Shown here: positions 17,641 through 29,600 of the stretch, piece by piece | Position numbering within the stretch: position 1 is the stretch's first letter | Layout: each line of letters opens with the position of its first letter | Source of the DNA: Bispira polyomma | Lineage: Eukaryota | Length of the DNA: 64,000 nt | Direction of reading: 5' to 3' | Assembly: GCA_965649765.1 (NCBI GenBank) | Contig: OZ287749.1 | Location: 39,556,001-39,620,000, forward strand | Position numbers and translations under genes: made by a program | The notes under the pieces: generated by a model | What the model was told of the DNA's origin: nothing | Databases searched by the model: none | The model's input: only the letters and a program-made list of their open reading frames with translations

Positions 17641-20600
17641 GCTATCCCATCTCCACTGTAAACCCACTGGTTAAAACCTAGACCTTCATAAGCAGACATA
17701 ATAAAGTAGCCACAGCTTTCAATGTGGATCAGAAACAGCATATAGGTCAGTGTACGCATCACCCTGCAATAGAAACAGTGTAAGACTGAATAGATAGAAA
17801 AAGTACTACATAATATAACTTAACATGAAACAAAGTAAATTTAATTGGGAAGGAAGGGATAATATTCCTTTGGCCACCACACTACGGGTGAATTGGTGGC
17901 AGTAAAAGTAATCTGAAATGCATATGCAACTATGTTTTAATTATTTTTTTTTTATCATTATCTCTTTTGTAGGTTTTATTAAGATGTAAACCCATGTTAA
18001 TTTGTTATACTGTATTGTACCTGATTATATAAGGATTTTTAACACTTTGGTCGACTGTTTTATAAAACGTTAACCCATGATAACTTGTTGTACCTGATTA
18101 TATGAGGATTTGTAACACTTTGGTTGACTGTTTTATAAGATGTTAACCCATGGTAATTTATAATAATTTATTGTACCTGATTATATGAGGATTTGTAACA
18201 CTTTGGTCCACTCTGTCATAGAATTCCCAGAATGTCTGAATCTGAAGCAAAATGATCTGTCATATAAACTTTGTCTCTTGTCAGTGTGGACTTTTTAAAA
18301 TATCAACATCAATAAAAACTAGTAAATTATTTAACATATAGTTTTTTACATTATAATATACTTAAAGTATACAAGAATTATAATTTACTGTGCATAGTGC
18401 TTGGTTTTAGCATTGCCTTTCTTCAAAAAGTGTGTTGCTGTTTCTGTGGGCTGCAAAGTTTTACCAGGGATATATAATTATTCAAGACAGGGCCAAGTTT
18501 AAAACTTCCTCCCCAAACTAGTTTACCAGTGTACTAGATTTAAAACAATGTTCTGGCAATTTTCCCAACTTATGCAATCCAAACAAGAATAAACCAATTG
18601 TTTTACAGCTCTAATTAACTTTTTTTTAATGTTTTTCAAAAAATTGCCTGATGAGCTTAGATCAATTGAAACAATTTCTGGTTTTAGGAAGACGCTCAAA
18701 AGCCATCTCTTCAAACTTACCTACCCCCCCCCCCCCCTCCCCACCCTCCTTAGTTCCCACCCTGTCCACCCCCACACACTTTCTTACGACCTTGGCTATG
18801 TTTTTAGACTTCTCTATTGGTGAACTGATTGTGTTGTTGCGTTTAGAACATGCCTTGCACCAATAAGGCGCCTTAAAAATAAAAAATCCAATACCATTCT
18901 ATAGATCTACTGCATTTGAGAACTCTGAATATACGGCAGTAATTAACACAAGGGGAGTAGACAATCTTAGTTTTCACAGAATTCGTTTAAGTCCCGTAAA
19001 ATGCACTTCTAAATCTATTTTATTTGTGATAAAATTATTTTACTGTTTTTTACCTACCTTGAGTAGTCTAGGTAGTCGTACCATAGAGTTATAATTAATT
19101 GCTCGTATAAAATACATTAAGTCTAGAGGAATCAATGATGCAAAGTCCATCTGAAAAGTAAAAATAAAAACACAACAGGTGAAAAATACTGTGGCAGTTT
19201 ATTAATGTCAAAACAAAGTTAAAAACAAATCAGACATATATGCATCATCAATATAAGTACAGGTATAATCAATATTGAGGTCACCCCAAGTCAGTTAAAG
19301 TCACTTGTCACCACCAGTGTCATGAGTGAAGAGGCTGTATTTTGTCAGAAATAAGACAGTAATGTATACATACATAACAGTAAATATGTCTAATGAGTAA
19401 ATATGCACATGTACGAACGTTTTCAGTTATTTTATGTAATCATTGATTTGGTATATCTTTGCAAGAAATCATCAATTGCTCTTGATGCGGTAACTTAAAA
19501 GTGTCAGTACTATAATTGTTTCTGATATATCAAACTGCATAGCACTAAATAAATATTTTGAGAGGCACATTTTTGGTGGCACTTTGTCACATTGTCAAAA
19601 TATTTCACTTAAATATCTCTTACCTTACACCTCCGGCTGGTGATGTATTTTCTTAAGCACTCACTTCTATTTTTCTGCAATAAAATATTATCTCAATAGT
19701 TGAAATATTTGTACATTTGCCCATCTAATTCTGATACTCTGATCCTTTAGAATACTTAAATTTACATGTAAATCTGTTTCATAGTTTTAGTGTAAACAAA
19801 CCAACCAAAAATTTCATAAAGTTATAAGCCCCAGTCACATTGCATCTAGGAGCTGCTAAAGACCATCTACGATGTAATTATAGCCAAGAATGAGACCAAA
19901 GACCAAGGTCTTACTAATTCTTAGTGGCAGTCACACAGGAATTTTAGTTGCCGATCTTAAGATCATTGTGTCTTGCGGATGTCTTGGGAATGTGTAAGAC
20001 AACCAAAGACAGGTTGTAGACTGTTGTACGTCCATATCCACTGTTTTAAAGATCATTGAGATTATTGATAATCATTGTAACAAAGAAGCTATAGATTGGT
20101 GGTGGAAGTTAGTGGTCGGCCACTACTGTTTGTACTTCGTGCAAGTAGTTACTGTCACTAATCGCCGATTGTTTGCCTAGTGATTCCCAAGCAGCCCCAC
20201 ATGAGAAGCTATTGTTTGTGTTGGTGGTCGGGCACACTTGTAATGACACTTCGCACAAGTAGTTACGGTCACTCAGCAACTACTCAGGTGTTCTTAAGCA
20301 ATTAAATATTACCCGTAGACATTTTAGTTGTGACCAGAATTAATTGTAAACAGCAAATCCTGGTCACAATCGAACTATTGAGTGTTCTACAAAATATCAC
20401 CCACAAACTTTTTGGCACTATTCTAGAATTCAGCGGACAGAGTACGCAACCATGTTGACTTTTGAGTATGAATACATGAAGCTAAACCCTAACGATGCCA
20501 CTAAATCCTAAAGCTGTGTTAGTAGGACAAACTGCTTTCAATATGGGAGCACCCTGGCCAGTGAATCCTACAATTTAGCCTTTATTTCTTTTCTCTGAAG

Positions 20601-23600
20601 AAGAGAGTCAGGCTCTAAAAGCTCAGAAATATATAATAATTTTCTCTTTTTGTACACTTGTGTTGTAGGATATGGTAGTCCCATTATAATTTGTATCAGT
20701 ATAACCATATTAAACACTGTCACACAAACAGAATGATACACCCATTGCAGTATATACTGGTGTCGATATGCATCAGCAAACATTGTTTCTAGCAATATAA
20801 AAATGGCTGACGAATGTAATCGACATACTAGGTCGTTATATAGGGTCAAGAAATAATTAGTAAAAATCATATTAAACACTCTCACACACACTGAGTGACA
20901 GAGACACGGCAATTTACACTGGTGTTTATATGTGTCAGAAAATACGGTTTCTAGCAATATAAAAACGGTTGTCGACTGTCCTCGACATACAGTAGACTCT
21001 GTATAAGTAGAACCAGTGAAAGTCGAATTTAGGTATAAGTGGAACCAGTTTTGAGGTCCCAACATCAGAAAATGCTGTAATTTTGTAGGTATAAATGGAA
21101 GTTACCTATAAGTAGAACCAAATCCTGTGGATATTGGAGGTTCTAGTTATACAGAGTCTACTGTACTTGGTTAATGGGTTAATTAAATACAGAGCCTGTT
21201 GGTGTATTTACCTCTACTAATCCATTCTTGACAAATCTGATTCTGACTTTGACTAAGAGGATATCCAGCAGATAGATGAGATCAGCCAGATAGTCACATA
21301 ACCACCAGTAGTACCTGTTTTCTGGGGTCTCCACACCATCTCGGTACCTAAAGTTACAGTGTACATATTAAATGGAACCTCTAGATTTTAAATTAGCCAT
21401 TGCCCAAATACAGTGGAACAATCCTTCAAGTCCAACTTTGAGGGACCAGGTTAAATATACCTCCACTTAGGCAGGATTATCACTTTCCCCAAGATTAACA
21501 CTCAAAAGACTCAAAAGAGAAATCGACTTATTATTATTGTTATTATGATAGAATTTATATAGGGCCAATTTGATATAGCATCCTCTACGTACAGCACTAG
21601 TTGTACAAATGACACAGACAGGGAGGACAGGAATGGGTCATGACCAGAAGGGTACAGACAGGGAGGACAGGAATGGGTCATGACCAGAAAGATACAGACA
21701 AGGAGGACAGGAATGGGTCATGACCAGAAGGGCACCGACAGGGAGGACAGGAATGGGTCATGACCAGAAGGGCACCGACAGGGGAGATTATATTAAATTA
21801 TATTGGCTAAGTTATATACTTGCCCTCTCCCAAAGTTATTTGCATGCCCCAACTTTTTGGTAAGTTGTCCATTTGTCATAATATCAATATCAAAATTATT
21901 TTAATATGAGTTGATATCAGGACATATACCAAGAAAAACCTAAACATATGTTTTAGCACAAACATCTGCGAATAAAGTTTTGTTTAAATGAGGTTTATAT
22001 TTCAATAGGTTTCAATGGATCACAGTTTGCACATTTACCTTGTAATATATGTCACTAGAGGAGTAGTTTTGTTGTAACAATAAACTACTGTGGAACCTTC
22101 AGTGTGATTTGATGACTCACAAACCTCCCTCATGTCATAAGTCACCACTTCCTGTATAAATGTCACAGATTACAATGATTATAAATGTTATGAAAACTAC
22201 ACAAAGAAGCTAGAACTTCTACTGTCCAAATATGGTGAAGTAAGAAGTAAGCTTTTGTTCGGATAAGAGAAGATTAAAAAATATATAGAAACAGCATTAT
22301 TGTATAAAACAATAGGAATTACGATATAAATTTGCAGAAGTGGAAATATGTTCATACAATTGAATATTAAGATAGTCAAAAGTTAAGATAATATATATTC
22401 TACTGTGAATTTTTATGTTTAGATAATAGTTGACAACATAGTTCTAAGATAAGTGGGCATATTAGTGATTATATTCTGAGAAATGTACTTCAATATAAAG
22501 TGCTCCTCCATCTTTAAAATTGTATTTGATGGTGCAAATTTTGCCAGAATTTGTCTGAAAGACTGTAAGAATAGAGATGTCTTTTACAAGAAATACTTGA
22601 GCAATATTTTCCTGAAGTTGTCTCTTGTTACACTAATAACCTGAAAAAATAAGTGAAAAAAAACCCCCAAATGTCTGAATAAGCCCTTTATCCAAGTCTG
22701 CTCCAAGTTTTTATGGACTCTTCCTGGGTCTATAACCTCTCCCCTCTACTCAATCTCATGTAAATTAGATTAGGAGTTTTTTTGTAGTCCTGGTCACAAA
22801 CAAACCAACCAACAGATGCAGGAAACATAGTCTCTTTGGTTGAGGAAACTAACTGCCTGTTCTAGTTCATAAACCTTCTTATATCAAAATAATAAACTCC
22901 CAATATAACCAAGGACAATCAATCAAGAGATTCTATAGTGTAGGGCATTTACTCACAACTTAACAGTCCACAATATAAATTTTTGTCATTGAATTTTATA
23001 GGAACCCAAAATCTACAGGGGCTGTATTCACAAAAAGTCTTAGTCTTAAAGGTTAATATTTATGTCTTAAATATTTAAGACTGCCTACTTGTTACTCTTA
23101 GTTTTAAGAGCAAAGTTAACACAAAGCAAAGATATATCTTTTCTTACTGTCACTGGGACTTAAACACCAAAATATTAACCATTTCGGGTAAAATCAAAGC
23201 CTAGAATGTTACGGTTATGACTAAGTTAAGACTAAGACCTTTTGTTGTGAATACTGCCCCAGATAAATATACCTGTTTGTGATAATATTCAGCCCTGACA
23301 AAGAATCCCCTCAGAGGAATAGTTGCTGCATTGTAGCTGTAAGCCAATGTTACCAGCATCAACCACAAGGCATAGATCATAGCTGTGACAAAAAAAAAAA
23401 AAACAATTTCGCTTTCATTTTAATATTCCACTGGTGTAAAATCTTTTGAAATCTCAATATATCCCAATTTATTTTTGCAATACAGTATATGGCAATGTGA
23501 AATTGGAGAAGAAATATACATATTGGATACATCATTTTACATAAAATGCTCATTTCTTGGTTTTCTAAAAAAAAGTGCGAGAGCATAGAATATATTTGTC

Positions 23601-26600
23601 AGCAACAAAATCAGAAATAAATTTTAGCAACGCATGCAGTATATACTGAATAAATTAAATATTACTCAAATTTGTCTGATTATTATTATCCACAAAATCT
23701 TGAAACATAATTTGTCATTAACTAAAAATGACTGGCATTATATATATAGTCTGTTGTTAAACCTTTCCAGCAAAATCCATCTTTATCTCTCTAGTACACA
23801 ACCTGGGAATACACATCTGGCCTAGTATTTACAAAGATTTTGATTCTTAATTTATTGTCTCAACCAATATAATTGGCTGAAAGTATTGTTTCTAAGAGTC
23901 AAAGATTGGCTGAGAATTTTTTTGAATTTTTTTAAAAATTAATTGTTTTGGTATACACATTTACACAAACAATATTACAATTACAGTTATACAAGACAGT
24001 AAGACAGTGTTTGAAACAATAATATACTGTTATAAATTACATACAAAAGACACTTTTTACCAGTCTGTACAATAATACATTGAAATAAAGGTTTTACCAA
24101 TTTTTTTTTACAATTTTTATATTTATATTATTAGAACTTTTACAGATTTCTTAGTGACATGGCAGACTTACAAAAACAAAACAGAAAAAAAGAAGAATAC
24201 ATGACAATAGACACACAATAACAAAAGCGATCAAGATATTATACAACTGCTACACAAAATATAACAGACATTATCACTTACAGTTTGGAGTACATTGCAA
24301 AATTCATAATAATAAGGTCTGCACTCAGAAAATATAATTCAAAGCAAAAAAAGACATAACACATTTCAAAGAAAATCTAACATAACCAAGTTTCTATTCA
24401 AATAATTTTATTCTACCTTGATTAATATGTACGATCTGCTCCAACATAAGTTTCCATTTTAAAGATTGCATAAAATTTTGAAGGTATAATGCTCTATTTT
24501 GTTTTTTCGATTTGCTGATAACATATTTTCAACCAAGCTAATATAATTGACAATATAATATTATTTAGGATTGAAGTTAAGGATACCCAGCAAAACCTTC
24601 AAAACTGTTAAATCAAACTTACTACAATTATGATTTATCAACCATTTTCGAGTCTGTTTTCAAAAACTATTAGTATCTGGACAGTAGTAAAAATACTGTT
24701 CCAAATTATCAACTTTATTAGTATCTGGACAGTAGTAAAAATAATGTTCCAAATTATCAACTTTATCCGTATCTGGACAGTAGTAAAAATAATTTTCCAA
24801 ATTATCAACTTTACCACAAATGCTAGAGTCTGGTAAGTCTTTTATTTTCCAATTAAAAAGCTGGTAATTGCATGCATACACTCTGTTTTTAAAATTTTAA
24901 ACTGAAGGGTGATCAAATCCATGCATTTATCGACAACAGGTTTAATAGGTTTTTTTAATAAATGTTTTTCTAGTTAAGAGTCTCCATAAATGGATAGTAT
25001 TCTACCTATTTTGACTAGCTGGGATTTTATAAGAAGTGACAATAAAATATGTGTATACTTGTGGACTTTAATTTAAACCAATATTGTTTAAACACTGAAT
25101 AGGTATATTTATATAATTTGTTATCAGACTATCACATTTATATTTTGACAGCTTTCTTAGTTGAGCAGATAATGCACTAATAGTTTGGTTGTACACCGTA
25201 CACCATATCATCTATGGTTGTATTATATTTTCTTTCTAGTTCAATTTTGGACATAAAAATTTCATAGTTTTCCTTCAAGACATCACTGACCCTTGAAATA
25301 CCAAAGTCTTACCAATTGCACTATTTGTTGCTGATTACTTTATTATCAACGACAAACAATGAATTGTCAAATGTAGATTCACTATGCACGTCATAACGTA
25401 AGTTTTTAGAAAGTTAAACCAGCTAGAGAGTAAGCTTAGATAGAAAGTAATCTTTACATTATGTTTGGTACTTTGGAACAGTTGTTTAGTTATTAAATTG
25501 CTCTTACTGATACCCATTAAAACAACATCTAAGACATTCCATTTGGCACTCACATTGTCACAAGGTCTTTTGATCCACATAACTTTAGCAGTTCCAACTA
25601 TATACTCAACAGATACTATTTTTAGGCCACCTAACTCTAATGGCTGTACCAATACATTCTTTGAGATAAGGTGTTTCTTATTACTCCACACAAAATTGAA
25701 AAACATAACATCCAAATCGGACAGAAATTTAAAAAAGCTGCATGCAAGTATCAGTCTATAGTTTGATTGCTAGCGATACTAAAAGTGTGAGTATTATGAC
25801 CAAGTAATTATGGAAATCCAATCCATAGGAAGATAGACCAAAGGCAAACTATCATGTGTGCCCATGGAGGGCTCTCAAAGATGGAAGTTTTTGGAAAGAT
25901 ATGGCCACTTTTGGAGCAGCAGATAAATTTTGAAGATAAGTAAAGATTGCATCACTCTTCCAACTACCATGTACACGTATATCTTCAAATGCCACATTAT
26001 TATTAAATGATAATGTAGCACCACTCCTTCTAAATGCATGGAATGTAAAATGTGCAGGTTCATACCCCAATAAGGTTATGATTCTAGCCAGGGTCTGTCT
26101 AACCTTGGAAGCTAATAAAGGAGTAAATGATTTTTTGTTTGGAATGACAAAAGCCACTGAATTAGGAGAAGACGGTATTAACCGAAACATGTTCTTTACA
26201 GCCTGAACTGGACATAAAGAGGAAGAAGGAATAGAAGGAATAGAAATAGGGTGACTTTGGTAATACGCCTGGTGCGTTTTAGTACGTGGAAATACAATAT
26301 CCATTCCCAAAGAGGTATCAATAAAATCTTTCCTTAATAGACTCCTATCCGAAATGTCTTTTCTAGAACTAGGAACCAAGGTTGATAGTCTAGCATAACC
26401 AAAAAATGCCACTAAAAACAATGCTTTAAACACATACCCATGAGGTAACTTGTCACACCTCTTTACAATATTTTGCAATATTGGAATAGATATAACACCT
26501 TTAAATTTGGGTGAAAAGGGAGCATTAATGGCCATGGCCCTCAAAACCATTGTGACTTTTTTATGTTCTAGAGCCGCAGCTTGAAGACTATAAAACCCAA

Positions 26601-29600
26601 AATAGTGCCTGAGCACAGAGAGATAATTTGCAATAGTAGGCTGTTTAAAGCCACATTGATGAAGATATTCCAAAAATATCAAGATGTATGACAACTGAGT
26701 ACAATCGGGTATTTGTAAATAAATGGCCAGAGCCAAGAACAGTCTAAATTGTTGCTTGTATGCTTGAGTAGTTCTCTTCCTCAGTGCAGTAGGAATTCGG
26801 TTGCAAGCCAGAGATAGTAGATTGGAGGCCAAGAGAATGCCTACAATTAAATATCATAATTTGGAATGTAAAAGTCTGCACGGACTTGATACCATTGGCA
26901 TTTTATCAATTCATTCACAACATCTTTGTTGACATTAGGGGAAAACCACCTACTAAGGCAATCTGCCTTGTCATTTTGGACCCCAGCTATATGTGAATAC
27001 TGTAACTGAATATCATGGCTTGCAGCCAAGCACCATATAGAACGAGCATATAAAAGCAAATGAGGATCTCTAGTACGACCATTATTTAACACGTGTACCA
27101 CTGCTTCATTGTCACAACGCACTCTTACCAACTTATGCGTAAAATGGGAACCCCACACTTTCAACATAACATATATATTAATCATTTCCAAATGAACAAT
27201 AGTATATACTAAATGGAAGTTCTGAGGATACGTGGCAGCATACACATTATCGTTATAAATTGCACCAATCCCTGAAAGGGAGGCGTCCACATATACAACA
27301 AAATCAGGGTTATTCTGTCTGTGGATCATAACAACCCCATTAAAATTTATCAAAAATTTATTGAACCAGGCAATGTCTTTTCTGAACTGATCATCCAAGG
27401 TAATACGACATTGTGAATGAGAACCACGCAGAAAACCCAGCATTCGATTGACAAAAAGCCTTGCTGGATGAACACAGCGATGAATGTATAATCCCTTCCC
27501 TAGCAGAGACTGTAACGCCCGCTTAGAGATGAATTGTTTATTCTGCCATTCTCTGCAGATAATTACAATTTTGAGAAGTTTGTCATCTGGTATACGCAAT
27601 GTTCCAGTTTTTGTATTAATTAGTATCCCCATACATGTCACTTCGTGCTGAGGAGTAGCCATTTTCTTGAGATTAAGGGGTAAACCCAAATTTTCAATTA
27701 ATGCCTTAAGCATATGAAACGCAGAATTTGCTTGTTGTTGATTTTGGATGCCTATGACGTCATCGATGTACGGAAACACAGTGTAGCCGCTTGAGGCCAT
27801 GATGTGAAGTAGGAAGTCGCCAATGCGTTGCATTTGGGCGCAACCGTGCCGATAACCGAACGCAACACTAACGTCAATAAAGTACTTTCCTGCCCAATGC
27901 AGCCCCATAACACTATAGTCCCTAGGATCGATGCGCAAATTTCTGAAAGCCCGACTTACGTCCAGCTTATATAAAAGCGCAGAAGAACCTAATTTTGCAA
28001 TCTCATCCACAATGTTGTCTACTGAAGGATATGTAAGAGTGAACTTATAGCCATCATACTCGTCTGTTAAGACATTACTGTTAACTGAATCACCAAAAGG
28101 GTGAGAAAGATTCACTATAATACGTCGAGTATCCCCTGTTTTAGGGCGTGACAACAAAGGAGACACATGTAAGGGAGCTATAGGAGGTATTTCAAAGGGG
28201 CCTGCTATGGAATTATGCTCTAATTCCTTTTTAAAATAGACTTCCACGTCCTGAGGAAATTGAATTGCACTAGGGTGGTTGTCACAAACAGTGGTGTACT
28301 GGAATGTGTTATAATCAACACACAAAGGAAAACCAAAACGAAGGTACTCAAACAATATAGGATCATGGTAATTTTTTAACAGATCAAACCATAATTTAAG
28401 ATTGAGTTCAGTATTAACTTGCAACCGAGCGCCTTTATAATTTGGAACACTAGTACTAGCAACAATGTTATAGGCCTCAGTAACCCACTGTTCAAGTGAC
28501 AACTCCTCGAGTGTAGAGGATTTATCCTTGAGTACATATAAGGGAATTGTGTGTCTAACAAAGCCAAAGCCTTGCAATGTGTTAAGTGCCTCTGCACCTT
28601 GATCACTAACCATGTCACCAAGCACGTGTTCTTCCATACATGTATTATCAATAATGGAATTTCCCACCATATGAGTGCCCCCCTACATGACGTCAGGGAT
28701 CCCCTCCTGTATTTCCCCTACACGTGTTTTGGATCATTTGTATTTCATTAGCTTCTTCACTCTCACAATTATAATTCTGGTTTACACATGCAAGAGAATT
28801 AATGTCTATTATATCGGGGGGGGGGGGGGGGGGGGGGGGGAGAACTGACGTCAAGCAGGCTACAAGCACCATAGTCACTATTTACATTATACTTTGTCTC
28901 TGCACTAAGATTACCATCTGCAATCATAGAATGGTATTGTGCACTAGGGTTTTGTACTGTTTGTACTTTATCAACTTTAAAACTATTATCACTTTTACCA
29001 CTATTCTTAAACACTCTTGGACGAATCGCCTCAGATACCTTACCAGTGTGAGCACTATTGTTTTTAAAATCAGTATACATAATTTTTGATCTACCATAAT
29101 GATTTACATCAGAATTATAGTAAAATTTTGAACATACAACCGTCCCCTTGCATAACACTGGCACAAGTACCTGGGTTCCTTCGTTTTTTGATGTTTTAGC
29201 TGAGTGGCCTTGTTTATGAAAGCAGTTGGGTTCCGCATGCGAAGTTATAAACCGCTTGACTATTTTGAAGCAATATGCACAAGCATGACGCTGTGTAGTA
29301 TTGTCCTCTATATGATCATTGTCATGTGTACAACGAAAAATCTACAAGGCACAGCCGGCTTCGAGTTAGATTTTTTGAAATTGTGAACTGGCTGTATAGC
29401 CCTCGGAGTATACCTAGCTCTCAATGAGCTAACTGCCTGAAAATCCGCCCAGGACAACTTACCTCTTTCGATTTCCAAAAGGACAATCTTATGTGCCGTT
29501 TTAGCGGTGAACCAATTGGTTTCTTGGGCGTCCTGAAACAAATACTGGCAATGTTTTAACATATTTTCCCTAACTTGTGAATTTGATTCCGCCAAAACAC

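Noticed and set aside
18648-18675. CTGATGA...GAAAC hammerhead-like core
   Set aside because: No stems; it is LINE coding sequence (LPDELRSIET).
20568-21065. 165-aa minus-strand ORF inside the CNGB gene
   Set aside because: Spans a MITE and a 162-bp duplication, has no channel homology, and the flanking exons join in phase without it.
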